DNA of 64,000 nt from an uncultured Candidatus Saccharibacteria bacterium (GTDB lineage: Bacteria > Patescibacteriota > Minisyncoccia > Phycocordibacterales > PALSA-1337), in NCBI GenBank assembly GCA_964495685.1, contig CAZBVQ010000001.1:373568-437567 (forward strand), read 5' to 3'. The notes under the pieces were generated by a model. The model was not told where the DNA came from, searched no databases, and worked only from the letters and a program-made list of their open reading frames with translations. A program made the translations under genes and the position numbers. Shown here piece after piece: positions 46,879-56,774 of the stretch. How positions within the stretch are numbered: the first letter of the stretch is position 1; the number at the start of each line of letters is the position of its first letter.

Positions 46879-48114
46879 ATGAAACAATCCCACCTCTTCA
46901 CCAAGACACGTCGCGAAGCTCCCAAGGACGAAGTCGCCAAGAATGCACAGCTCCTTATTCGTGCTGGCTATATAAACAAAGAGATGGCGGGTGTCTACTC
47001 ATTTCTACCACTCGGACTCAGGGTTATGAATAAGATTGTCGGTGTCATTCGTGAAGAAATGAATGCTATCGGGGGTCAGGAGGTACACTTGAGCGCACTC
47101 CAAGATAAGAAGACCTGGGAAGCGACCAATCGCTGGGATGATGCAGTTGTCGACAACTGGTTCAAAACTACACTCAAGAATGGCAACGAAGTCGGTCTAG
47201 GCTTCACACACGAAGAGCCACTAACCAAGCTTATGAAGGATCACATACGCTCGTTCCGTGATCTGCCGATGGCTGTCTACCAATTCCAGACCAAATTCCG
47301 CAATGAAGAGCGTGCCAAGTCAGGTATCATGCGTGCGCGTGAATTCCTGATGAAGGATCTCTATTCGTTCAACGTCGATGATGTGGCGCATCAGGATTTC
47401 TACGAACAAGCCAAGAAGGCGTATGTACGCGTCTTCGATCGACTTGGTCTCGGTGGCGAGACATATGTGACATTTGCAGCAGGTGGTTCATTCTCGAAAT
47501 ATTCGCACGAATTCCAGACACTGACTGAAGCTGGTGAAGATGTCATCTATGTCCACGAAGGCAAGCGACTAGCTATCAACAAAGAAGTATTGAATGACGA
47601 AGTGCTCAAGGATTTGGGTATAGACAAGAAAGATCTAGTAGAAAAGAAAGCAGTCGAAGTCGGAAATATCTTCAGCCTCGGTACCAAATTCTCTGATGCA
47701 CTTGGCCTGAATTACAAAGACGCAGAAGGAAAGAATAAGCCAGTCATCATGGGCTCATATGGTATCGGTCCCGGCCGCGTGATGGGTACGATCGCCGAGC
47801 TGTGGTCTGATGACAAAGGATTGGTCTGGCCAGAATCAGTAGCCCCGTTCGCTGTGCATCTTATTGCCTTGAATGACGTGGAGGGTTCGGTCAAGAAAGT
47901 GGCCGATGATCTCTATGCTACGTTGACCAATAAGGGCATCGAAGTCCTCTATGATGATCGCGACGCATCAGCTGGTGAAAAGTTCGGTGACTCTGATCTT
48001 ATCGGTATTCCGAAACGCATTGTGCTTAGCGCGAAGACGCTCAAAGAAGATTCTGCTGAAGTGAAAGATAGAAGGACAGGGAAGGTAGAGATGGTGAAGA
48101 TAACAAATATCTAA
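46879..48114 (+). CDS. proS: Proline--tRNA ligase (short form without the INS editing domain)
   Basis: Class II motifs (FRNEERAKSGIMRAREFLMKDLYSF; GSYGIGPGRV), C-terminal anticodon-binding domain. Terminator GCGCGCTCCGAGTGGGCGCGC at 48122-48146. Confidence 0.9.
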   Translation: MKQSHLFTKTRREAPKDEVAKNAQLLIRAGYINKEMAGVYSFLPLGLRVMNKIVGVIREEMNAIGGQEVHLSALQDKKTWEATNRWDDAVVDNWFKTTLKNGNEVGLGFTHEEPLTKLMKDHIRSFRDLPMAVYQFQTKFRNEERAKSGIMRAREFLMKDLYSFNVDDVAHQDFYEQAKKAYVRVFDRLGLGGETYVTFAAGGSFSKYSHEFQTLTEAGEDVIYVHEGKRLAINKEVLNDEVLKDLGIDKKDLVEKKAVEVGNIFSLGTKFSDALGLNYKDAEGKNKPVIMGSYGIGPGRVMGTIAELWSDDKGLVWPESVAPFAVHLIALNDVEGSVKKVADDLYATLTNKGIEVLYDDRDASAGEKFGDSDLIGIPKRIVLSAKTLKEDSAEVKDRRTGKVEMVKITNI

Positions 48115-48179
48115 ATAAAAAAGCGCGCTCCGAGTGGGCGCGCTTTGGAGTCGGGCCTTTTGAGGCCGTCCGAGCTGAG

Positions 48180-48563
48180 TTACGAGGTAATTTCCGTCTT
48201 GCGTGGCCAAGCTGTACGTATGAGTCGGAGGCAATTACGGTAAAATACCACAACAAACAATGGCAAGCTACATAGATAGAGCAGAAACAGGGGCCAGTCC
48301 GTACCTTTCCCTGCAGCCATGGTGATTTTCAGAAAATCTGTACACAGATAGATTGTCAGAGAGAAGGCGATGAGGGCTCCAATCAGTCTGGCCCAGAAAT
48401 CAAGAGTCTTGCAACCCTTATCGCATTCGAACCCAAAAGAGTGTTGCTCAGTTGAGCTAGGCCACGGGCCAGCAAAAGTATGCCGAAGTTGATAATGAAT
48501 AAGGAGAGGTATTTGTTCTGGGCGTACCAATCCGCCGATGGGATTATCAGAGTCATAGTTCAA
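48180..48563 (-). CDS. Small membrane protein (hypothetical)
   Basis: Two hydrophobic helices (LIGALIAFSLTIYLCTDFL; WPLFLLYLCSLPLFVVVFY). No other support. Confidence 0.3.
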   Translation of the reverse strand: MNYDSDNPIGGLVRPEQIPLLIHYQLRHTFAGPWPSSTEQHSFGFECDKGCKTLDFWARLIGALIAFSLTIYLCTDFLKITMAAGKGTDWPLFLLYLCSLPLFVVVFYRNCLRLIRTAWPRKTEITS

Positions 48564-48654
48564 AGGGGTTGTCGTTGACCGTCTGGCACCATAATTTCAT
48601 GTTTATCGGCATCTGTCAATTACTGGATTTTCTGGTTTGTGATACGCTTCAGCT

Positions 48655-49722
48655 ATGACACTCAAGGAGCGCACAGAAAAAATACTCGGCCGTTTTTCGA
48701 ATGATATTGGTATCGATCTTGGCACAGCCAATACACTGGTCTATGTGCGCGGCAAAGGCATCGTCGTCAACGAACCATCAGTCGTCGCCGTCAACCAGAA
48801 GACGGGTCAGGTCGTCGCCGTAGGTCAGACTGCCAAGGATATGCTCGGACGCACACCTCAGCACATCACCGCAGTCCGTCCGTTGGTCGATGGAGTCATC
48901 TCTGATTTCGAGGTGACCGAAGAAATGCTCGCTTATCTGATGCGACGTGCCGGCGACTATATGCCCAAGAAATTCCTCGGCCCACGTGTGGTCGTCGGCG
49001 TACCTTCTGGGGTGACCAACGTCGAGGTACGTGCTGTCCGTGATGCTACAAAAAATGCTGGTGCCCGCGAAGTCTACATCGTCGAGCAGCCGATGGCGGG
49101 AGCCATCGGTATCCGCCTCCCAGTCCATGATCCGGTGGGCAGTATGATCATAGATATTGGTGGTGGTACGACTGATATCGCTGTTATTTCATTGGGCGGT
49201 ATTGTCCGTTCCAAGAATTTGAAAATAGCTGGTGACAAACTCAACAACGATATTATTTCCTACATTCGTAACGAATTCAAAATCCTGATTGGTGAGACTA
49301 CTGCAGAACAGGTCAAGAAAGACGTCGGCGCTGTCATTCCAGGCGAACCACTCGAGACGACTATCCGTGGTCGCGATCTCATCACGGGTTTGCCGCGCGA
49401 AGTGATCATTACCGACTCAGATATTCGAGAAGCTATCGGCCAATCCGTCGATACCTTGGTCGAAGCTACCAAAGAGGTACTCGAGACGACTCCGCCAGAA
49501 ATTCTTGCCGATGTGATGAAGCGAGGTATCCACTTGGTCGGTGGTGGTGCACTCATCAAAGGTCTCGATCAGCTTCTCATTGATACGCTCAATATTCCCG
49601 TCACCATTGCTGAAGATCCACTCACTGCTATTGCGCGTGGCGCGGGTGTGATCCTCGAAGATTTGGACAAGTTCCGTTCAGTACTTATTGAGAGTGAAGA
49701 TGACTTACCTTCAAACAAGTAG
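48655..49722 (+). CDS. mreB: Rod-shape determining protein MreB (paralog 2, in the mreBCD-mrdA operon)
   Basis: Same actin-fold motifs as paralog 1, about 65-70% identical over the core. Confidence 0.9.
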   Translation: MTLKERTEKILGRFSNDIGIDLGTANTLVYVRGKGIVVNEPSVVAVNQKTGQVVAVGQTAKDMLGRTPQHITAVRPLVDGVISDFEVTEEMLAYLMRRAGDYMPKKFLGPRVVVGVPSGVTNVEVRAVRDATKNAGAREVYIVEQPMAGAIGIRLPVHDPVGSMIIDIGGGTTDIAVISLGGIVRSKNLKIAGDKLNNDIISYIRNEFKILIGETTAEQVKKDVGAVIPGEPLETTIRGRDLITGLPREVIITDSDIREAIGQSVDTLVEATKEVLETTPPEILADVMKRGIHLVGGGALIKGLDQLLIDTLNIPVTIAEDPLTAIARGAGVILEDLDKFRSVLIESEDDLPSNK

Positions 49723-50524
49723 AAGGCCTTACCAACGACTCCGCCGCAGTGTCGGCTTGGTCGCCGTGGTCGTGCTCATTATAGTGGGTGGTATCCAACT
49801 CATTTCTCCGCATTTCTTCGCGGGGTTATTTACGGCTTTTGCTCGACCATTCTGGCGTGCGGAGGTGGGGGTCAAGAGTGGGGAACTCCTATCAGTCGAA
49901 ACATTGGTAGATGAGAAAGAGCAACTTGTTCGTCAGATTGCTGATATGCAGATGCGCATGCAGACAGTGACTGCGCTCGAGTCACAGAATGAGGAACTCA
50001 AAGCATTACTCGGACGTAGTACCGATCCTACAGCAACTACTACCAGCACAGCGCGCCGAATGAATGAACCAGGAACATTGGCTGCAGTATTACGTAGACC
50101 ACCATTTTCTGGGTATGACTATTTCATCATTGATATTGGAGCAGATTATGGCGTCTCCACGAGTAGTCTCGTCTATATCGCTGGAAATGTATTGGTCGGC
50201 CGCGTGGTCGACGTCCTCGAGACCACCTCCAAGGTCAAACTATTTTCATCATCAGGAGAAAGCTTCCCCGTACTCATCGGGTCGACACATATCGCCGCCA
50301 CAGCTAGTGGTCGAGGTGGGGGACAGTATGAGGCTCAAGTATCTCGTGATACCACTGTGGCCGAAGGGGATTTCGTGCTCGGATCTTCGTTTGCAGATCG
50401 CCCAATGGGACTTGTCTCTGCCATTCTGATTGATCCGACTCAACCATTCAAGACGGTGCTTTTTGCCCCACCAGTCAACCTATATCAGACGAGATGGGTC
50501 ACCGTGCAACATCATGGTCAATAA
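49688..50524 (+). CDS. mreC: Rod-shape determining protein MreC
   Basis: N-terminal TM, coiled coil (QLVRQIADMQMRMQTVTALESQNEELKALL), C-terminal beta domain. Position after mreB. Confidence 0.7.
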   Translation: MRVKMTYLQTSRRPYQRLRRSVGLVAVVVLIIVGGIQLISPHFFAGLFTAFARPFWRAEVGVKSGELLSVETLVDEKEQLVRQIADMQMRMQTVTALESQNEELKALLGRSTDPTATTTSTARRMNEPGTLAAVLRRPPFSGYDYFIIDIGADYGVSTSSLVYIAGNVLVGRVVDVLETTSKVKLFSSSGESFPVLIGSTHIAATASGRGGGQYEAQVSRDTTVAEGDFVLGSSFADRPMGLVSAILIDPTQPFKTVLFAPPVNLYQTRWVTVQHHGQ

Positions 50525-50780
50525 TCTTTCGGTGCGTATATGTACAGACATCGTGCTCACTATCTGCCTTATTCAGGGCTGGTGGCTGGTGTTATTTCTT
50601 GCAGCGATCATTCATGTCAGTTTATTCTCGTACCCGTTCGAGATCATTATCGCTGGCATTGTTTACGATTCCTTATTCGGCCTATTGCCAGGTACAGGGG
50701 TGCGTGGGTATGCAGGAACTATCGCCATGGTAGTGGTGTTCCTGATTGTCTACGGTATCAAGAAATTGGTGAGGAGGTAG
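50514..50780 (+). CDS. mreD: Rod-shape determining protein MreD (short)
   Basis: Three hydrophobic helices in about 88 aa. Start overlaps the mreC stop. Position between mreC and mrdA. Confidence 0.45.
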   Translation: MVNNLSVRICTDIVLTICLIQGWWLVLFLAAIIHVSLFSYPFEIIIAGIVYDSLFGLLPGTGVRGYAGTIAMVVVFLIVYGIKKLVRR

Positions 50781-50812
50781 GTTGCGTTCTTGAGTGGTCG
50801 ATATGGTAGTAT

Positions 50813-52540
50813 GTGCCCATGCCATTCTCCCTCCAACGACTGATGTTCTGGCGTCGACGTCGCCGACGAGTGACGGAGATCGCTCCGGATGAAGTCATGT
50901 TGGATTCCAGCAACTTGCCGGAATTCGATACATCTCAATTCGAAGGACGTCTGGAGAAACCAATATCCAAGGTCTCACTATTCATGGTGGTGATCATATT
51001 CGGCATCATCGCAGTCGTCTATATTATACAGACGGGTAACCTGCAGATCGCTCATGGTGATGAGTATCGTGGACGAAGTGAACGTAATCTTCTCCGCCCA
51101 GTACCCATCTTCGCTGGCCGCGGAGTTATCGAAGATCGCATCGGACACCTCTTGGCATGGAACGCACCATCTCAGACTGTATCAGCCACCGCCACCGACG
51201 AAGTCGTCGCTACACGGCAATATGCCACTACTACTGGCCTCTCGCACGTTCTGGGATATGTGAAATATCCTTCGAAAGACAAAAACGGATTCTACTATCA
51301 AGATGATTTCGAGGGTGTGGCAGGTGCCGAAAAATATTTCGACCCCAACCTTCAAGGCAGGAATGGTTCTCGGCTCATCGAAGTCGATGCACATGGCGAT
51401 ATTATTTCAGGGAATGTTGTTCGGCCTCCGGTACAAGGTGCTTCCGTCACGTTGTCGATCGATAGTCGAGTCCAGTCCTCATTGTATGATCACATCAAAG
51501 GCATTGCAGAAAGTGTCGGATTTGCCGGTGGTGCAGGTGTCATTATCGATGTGCGCACTGGCGAACTTATCGCACTCACCAGTTACCCAGAATATAGCTC
51601 TCAAGTCATGTCTGACAGGAATGACACGGCGCGTATCAAGTCGTTGTTGGCCAACAAAGATTTACCATTCCTCAATCGTGCTGTCGATGGTCTCTACACA
51701 CCGGGTTCGGTGGTCAAACCGTACGTGGCTTTGGCCGCATTGACTGAACATACGATTGATCCCAGCACAGTTATTGTTACTACGGGTTCAGTTTCTATTC
51801 CCAACCCGTATGATCCGACCAAGAGTACCGTTTTCAAAGATTGGAAGAATAATGGGTCACTTGATATGCGCCATGCTATTGCCGCATCATCTGACGCCTA
51901 TTTCTATATCATTGGCGGTGGCTACAAAGATCAGAAAGGTCTCGGTATAGCCAACATCGACAAATATCTACGCATGTTCGGCCTGGGTTCACAGATTCCA
52001 GACTCATTCGCCCAGGGCAAGATCGGTACTATCCCGACACCAGAATGGAAAAAGACGACATTCAACGAAGATTGGTATCTCGGAAATACGTATCATACCG
52101 CCATTGGGCAGTATGGTTTCCAGGTCACTCCTATCCAGATGGCACGTGCCGTAGCGGCGATGGCCAATAGTGGTATTCTACTCACGCCAACTATCATCAA
52201 AGATGATGGTCCTCACGTCGATCGTTTCATCGACGCCATTCCTGCCAAGAATTTCCAGATCGTCCGGGAAGGTATGCGTCTCAGTGTCACCGAAGGTACT
52301 AGCAAAGCGCTCAATGTGCCTTTCACGAATGTGGCAGGAAAGTCTGGTACTGCTGAGCTTGGTGTCAGCAAGGATAAGGTCAACTCCTGGATTACCGGTT
52401 TCTGGCCGTATGAGAATCCCAAATATGCATTCACAGTGATGCTCGAAAAAGGTTCAGTGCACAACCTCATTGGTGCTGCAGCAGCCATGCGTCAGCAGCT
52501 CGATTGGATGGGGGAGCATACACCTGAGTACTTCAAGTAA
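50813..52540 (+). CDS. mrdA: Penicillin-binding protein 2 (elongasome transpeptidase)
   Basis: N-terminal TM, dimerisation domain, transpeptidase motifs SxxK (GSVVKP), SxN (SSDAYF), KSG (GKSGTA). Confidence 0.85.
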   Translation: MPMPFSLQRLMFWRRRRRRVTEIAPDEVMLDSSNLPEFDTSQFEGRLEKPISKVSLFMVVIIFGIIAVVYIIQTGNLQIAHGDEYRGRSERNLLRPVPIFAGRGVIEDRIGHLLAWNAPSQTVSATATDEVVATRQYATTTGLSHVLGYVKYPSKDKNGFYYQDDFEGVAGAEKYFDPNLQGRNGSRLIEVDAHGDIISGNVVRPPVQGASVTLSIDSRVQSSLYDHIKGIAESVGFAGGAGVIIDVRTGELIALTSYPEYSSQVMSDRNDTARIKSLLANKDLPFLNRAVDGLYTPGSVVKPYVALAALTEHTIDPSTVIVTTGSVSIPNPYDPTKSTVFKDWKNNGSLDMRHAIAASSDAYFYIIGGGYKDQKGLGIANIDKYLRMFGLGSQIPDSFAQGKIGTIPTPEWKKTTFNEDWYLGNTYHTAIGQYGFQVTPIQMARAVAAMANSGILLTPTIIKDDGPHVDRFIDAIPAKNFQIVREGMRLSVTEGTSKALNVPFTNVAGKSGTAELGVSKDKVNSWITGFWPYENPKYAFTVMLEKGSVHNLIGAAAAMRQQLDWMGEHTPEYFK

Positions 52541-52551
52541 TCGCTCAATCA

Positions 52552-52659
52552 GGCCGGCAGGAATATGTGCACGTGATGCGAATGAAGGTTAATTCGTGGT
52601 ATGCGGAGTATGTTCCAAGATCGGTTCATTCGCATCACGTGCGCATATTCCTGCCGGCC
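52552..52659 (+). ncRNA. Structured hairpin element, copy 2: 35-bp near-perfect stem enclosing the conserved ~33-nt core
   Basis: Left arm 52552-52586 pairs with right arm 52625-52659 (one T-G position, which is U-G on the plus transcript). Loop 52587-52624 contains ATTCGTGGTATGCGGAGTATGTTCCAAGATC. Confidence 0.45.
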
Positions 52660-52750
52660 CCCTTTATACACTTTTCGTATTGTGGCATAAGGGTTTTGGT
52701 GCTAGAATAACGGTCTATTAACCTAGGAACTAAGGTCTCTTTTTATTGCC

Positions 52751-53218
52751 ATGTCTACCGAAGTACAGTATCTCACTAATGAAAAATTTGCGGAGCTTAC
52801 CAAAGAGCTCAAACATCTCAAGACCAATCGGCGCAAAGAAGTAGCGGATCAGCTCGAATATGCCAAGAAACTCGGCGATCTTTCTGAAAATGCTGAGTAT
52901 CATCAGGCTCGCGAAGAGCAGGCGGAAGTAGAGGATCGTATCGGTCGTCTCGAAAATCTCCTCAAGAATGCCACCATTATGAAATCGGGCGGCGGTGATG
53001 TGGTGTCAGTCGGTTCTACCGTACACCTCAAAAAAGCTGGTGAGAATCGCTCATATATTTATATTATCGTTGGTTCAGAAGAAGCTGATATGACACAGGG
53101 CAAGGTTTCCAACATGTCACCTCTCGGTGCAGCACTCCTCGGACACAAGGTTGCTGATACGATCAAGGTGAATACTCCCAAGGGCGTGGTCGCATATACC
53201 ATCGATCAGATCAAATAA
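52751..53218 (+). CDS. greA: Transcription elongation factor GreA
   Basis: N-terminal coiled-coil with acidic tip (GDLSENAEYHQAREEQ) and C-terminal FKBP-like domain. Confidence 0.9.
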   Translation: MSTEVQYLTNEKFAELTKELKHLKTNRRKEVADQLEYAKKLGDLSENAEYHQAREEQAEVEDRIGRLENLLKNATIMKSGGGDVVSVGSTVHLKKAGENRSYIYIIVGSEEADMTQGKVSNMSPLGAALLGHKVADTIKVNTPKGVVAYTIDQIK

Positions 53219-53222
53219 TCCC

Positions 53223-54683
53223 ATGGCATCCATCGACGAACTTCGTACAACTCGGCTGCAGAAATTGGAGCTTCTCAAGAAGGCTGGCATGGAAGCGTAT
53301 CCTGCCAAAGTCCCTCGGGATTTCTGTCTCGAAGACGCACGTGCTAATTTCGGTGAATATGAGAAATCACAGAAGCCAGTCTCGGTGGCTGGTCGCATTA
53401 TGGCGATTCGCGGCCAAGGCGCCATCCTCTTCGCGGTGCTCGATGATGGTAAAGCGACATTCCAGGCCGTGATCAAGAAAGATGTCCTTGACGTCAGACT
53501 GCTCGACCTTTTTACAGCTGCTGTAGATATTGGTGATATTATTTCCGTAACAGGAACGTGCTTCACTACTCAGCGAGGTGAGCAGAGTTTGTTGGTGACT
53601 TCGTGGACTATGGCTTCCAAGTCGTTACTTCCGTTACCAGAAAAATGGCACGGTATCACCGATCCTGATGAAAAGTTCAGGAAGAGGTATTTGGATTTTA
53701 TTATGACGCCAGAGCTCCGTGAAATGTTCCTCAAAAAAGCAAAGTTTTGGAATGTAACGAGGCAATTTTTGAGCAACAATGGATTTTTGGAAGTAGAGAC
53801 ACCAACATTAGAGACCACGACTGGTGGTGCAGAAGCAACTCCATTCAAGACACACCACAATGACTACGATCTTGATGTCTATTTGCGTATTTCCGTTGGA
53901 GAGTTGTGGCAGAAGAGGTTGATGGCCGGAGGTTTTCCAAAAACTTTCGAGATTGGTCGTGTGTATCGCAACGAAGGCACGAGTCCAGAACATGCGCAGG
54001 AATTCACCAACATGGAATTCTATTGGTCATATGCCGATTACAATGATGGCATGAAGTTGGTCCAAGAAATGTATCGGACGATTGCACAAGAAGTATTTGG
54101 AACAACCAAGTTCACCACTCGTGGTCACAGTTTCGATCTATCTGATGAGTGGGTGAAGATTGACTATGCAGAAGAAATTAAGAAACAGACCGGCATCGAC
54201 ATTATCTCTGCATCAGAAAAGGACATGATGGGTAAACTCGGTGAGCTCAAGGTTAAATATGATGGGACCAATCGTGAGCGACTTACCGATACATTGTGGA
54301 AATATTGCCGCAAAAATATTACCGGCCCCGCATTCCTGATCAATCATCCAGTCTTGGTCGCCCCACTTGCCAAAAGTGTACCTGGCAAGTCTGTAGTCCA
54401 AATGTTTCAACCAATTATTGCAGGAAGTGAACTCGGTCGTGGCTATTCTGAGCTCAATGATCCTATCGATCAAGCTAACCGATTTGCTGAACAACAGAAA
54501 CTCATTGAGAAGGGAGATACTGAGGCCATGATGGCTGATCATGAATTCGTCGAGATGCTGGAGCACGGCATGCCACCAACGTGTGGATTTGGTTTCGGTG
54601 AACGACTATTTGCATTCTTGATAGACAAGCCGCTCCGTGAGACGCAGTTGTTTCCACTTATGAAGCCGAAAGGAGACAAATAA
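53223..54683 (+). CDS. lysS: Lysine--tRNA ligase (class II)
   Basis: N-terminal OB anticodon-binding domain, class II motifs (FEIGRVYRNEG; GGAEATPF; GFGFGERL). Confidence 0.9.
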   Translation: MASIDELRTTRLQKLELLKKAGMEAYPAKVPRDFCLEDARANFGEYEKSQKPVSVAGRIMAIRGQGAILFAVLDDGKATFQAVIKKDVLDVRLLDLFTAAVDIGDIISVTGTCFTTQRGEQSLLVTSWTMASKSLLPLPEKWHGITDPDEKFRKRYLDFIMTPELREMFLKKAKFWNVTRQFLSNNGFLEVETPTLETTTGGAEATPFKTHHNDYDLDVYLRISVGELWQKRLMAGGFPKTFEIGRVYRNEGTSPEHAQEFTNMEFYWSYADYNDGMKLVQEMYRTIAQEVFGTTKFTTRGHSFDLSDEWVKIDYAEEIKKQTGIDIISASEKDMMGKLGELKVKYDGTNRERLTDTLWKYCRKNITGPAFLINHPVLVAPLAKSVPGKSVVQMFQPIIAGSELGRGYSELNDPIDQANRFAEQQKLIEKGDTEAMMADHEFVEMLEHGMPPTCGFGFGERLFAFLIDKPLRETQLFPLMKPKGDK

Positions 54684-54698
54684 AATCTATCATTTCAC

Positions 54699-54923
54699 AT
54701 GCTCAATTTTTTCACCAAAGCACTCATAAAAAGACAGATGAAGGGGGTTCCTGAAGCAGAAATTAATAAAATTTTTGAAATGATCGAGAAGAATCCAGAC
54801 TATTTCAAGCAGATGGCCGAACAGATTCAAGCGAAGATGAAACAGGGGATGAGTCAGGAGGAGGCTGCCAAGGCAGTTATGGTGACGGATAAGAATAAAA
54901 TACAGGAGATGTTTGGGAAATAA
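54699..54923 (+). CDS. Small helical hypothetical protein
   Basis: 74-aa charged helical ORF. Confidence 0.3.
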   Translation: MLNFFTKALIKRQMKGVPEAEINKIFEMIEKNPDYFKQMAEQIQAKMKQGMSQEEAAKAVMVTDKNKIQEMFGK

Positions 54924-55605
54924 AATAGGCCCCGACAACTTCGTTAGTCTGCGCTTACGCGCTGCGACTGTAGGCTGTCGGGACCGTGTATGGAAGAGTC
55001 CTCGTGCTTTCTTGAATAGCGATTGATGCGGCTTTTGGAGGGCCACATCGTTCAAGTAGTGATTGTCCGAGGGTGCTTGCTTTTTAGGGCAATTGCATCT
55101 GGGGTGATTGACTATCACTTTGATGCTGCACGTTTAGTGTTGACTGACCCCCGGGTCAGTCTTCCTGAATTCTCGCTTCCACGCCTGGAAGCAATAGCTC
55201 AGAATCATAGGTGCTGACGCAAAGGCCTTTAGCGACTCGTCTTTCGACTCATCGTCTTGGTCGTTGCTTTTCAGCTATCCGGGTTTGTCTGGCCAGATAG
55301 TGCCTAGGGGAGACTTCTCTCCACAATGGCGCGGGAACACTCAGGCGCCAAGGTTTTTCGATGGTTCTCATGACAACATTCCAATCTTGCGACTAGTTCG
55401 TTGCCCTCATTCCGTTGAGTACCATCATGGTTTCTGCCAGAGTGTCTGGCTCTCACCGAAATTCAATGTGCTGCGTATTACGAGCGTGAAGTGAAAGATA
55501 CACCCTTAAACACGATTCGTCAATAATGTTAAAATACAAAACTGAAAATATAGCCTTGTCAAATATTAGTTGCAATTTCGCGATTTCAAACGTACACTAG
55601 CTTCT

Positions 55606-56703
55606 ATGTCACTCTCCATCGGCATCGTGGGACTTCCCAACGTCGGTAAATCGACGCTTTTTAATGCACTTACTAGGAAGAGCGTCCTTGTGGCCAACTA
55701 TCCATTCGCGACCATTGACCCATCAGTGGGCGTGGTTGCGGTACCTGATGAACGACTCCATAAGCTAGCTGAATTTTCAAAGACGCAGAAAACAGTTCCG
55801 GCAGTCGTCGAATTTGTAGATATTGCAGGGCTCGTCAAAGGTGCCTCAGCTGGCGAAGGTCTCGGCAACCAATTCCTGACCAATATTCGTGAGACTGATG
55901 CTATCGCCGAGGTGGTCCGCATATTTGAGGATGACAATATCATTCATGTCGATGGCAAAATCAATCCACTCAAAGATATCGAGGTCATCAACCTCGAACT
56001 CATTCTGGCTGATATCCAGACCGTGACCAAGCGTCATGGCAATTTGGGCAAAGAAGCACGATCGGGCAAGAAGGAGGCCTTGATTGAGCTTGGTCTCGTG
56101 GAGAAGATTAAGAAGGCTCTGGAGGCGGGCAAACTGGCATCCTCGGTTATTCCTGATGAATTCGAGGCACCTTATATGAAGTCTCTACACCTCCTCACAT
56201 CGAAGCCATTCATGTACGTGCTCAACAAGAAGTCAGGTGGCAAGAATTTGGATGAGACCAATGATGAACGTTATCAAGCCTTGATGAAATTCTTTGCTGA
56301 CAATAAGGCTTCATGGGTTATCGTCGATGCCGGAGTGGAACATGAGCTCAAAGATCTAGAAGGGGATGAGAAGAAAGAATTTCGTGAAAGCTTGGGCGCG
56401 CACGACGATGGCATTAACGACCTAATCAAGAAAGGCTATGAGCTTCTGAATTTGATCACCTACTTCACTACTGGTGAAAAAGAAACTCGCGCATGGACTA
56501 TTCATCGTGGTTGGACAGCACCTGAAGCAGGAACTGCAATCCATGGTGATTTCAAAGACAAATTTATTCGTGCAGAAGTGATCGAGTGGGATAAATTGCT
56601 CGAAGCAGGTTCGTTCGGTGTTGCTCGCGAGAAGGGGTGGCTTCGAACAGAAGGGAAGGAATATGTGGTTAAGGATGGGGATGTGATGGAGTTTAAGGTG
56701 TAG
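55606..56703 (+). CDS. ychF: Ribosome-binding ATPase YchF (Obg-family GTPase)
   Basis: G1 (GIVGLPNVGKST), G3, coiled-coil insert and C-terminal TGS domain (EYVVKDGDVMEFKV). Internal Met at 55606 chosen as the start. Confidence 0.9.
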   Translation: MSLSIGIVGLPNVGKSTLFNALTRKSVLVANYPFATIDPSVGVVAVPDERLHKLAEFSKTQKTVPAVVEFVDIAGLVKGASAGEGLGNQFLTNIRETDAIAEVVRIFEDDNIIHVDGKINPLKDIEVINLELILADIQTVTKRHGNLGKEARSGKKEALIELGLVEKIKKALEAGKLASSVIPDEFEAPYMKSLHLLTSKPFMYVLNKKSGGKNLDETNDERYQALMKFFADNKASWVIVDAGVEHELKDLEGDEKKEFRESLGAHDDGINDLIKKGYELLNLITYFTTGEKETRAWTIHRGWTAPEAGTAIHGDFKDKFIRAEVIEWDKLLEAGSFGVAREKGWLRTEGKEYVVKDGDVMEFKV

Positions 56704-56774
56704 GCAAAAAATCACCCGCTTCGACCTGAGCCGTGGCGGGATGAAATTTAAAATTTATTAGATAATTAACACAC

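Noticed and set aside
48147-48300. Considered an SRP, tmRNA or RNase P RNA after the proS terminator.
   Set aside because: None of the diagnostic motifs (GGAAGCAGCC domain IV, tRNA-like GGUUCGAAUCC ... CCA end, GGAAAGUCCGG P4) are present on either strand. The region is overlapped by a plausible small membrane-protein ORF instead.
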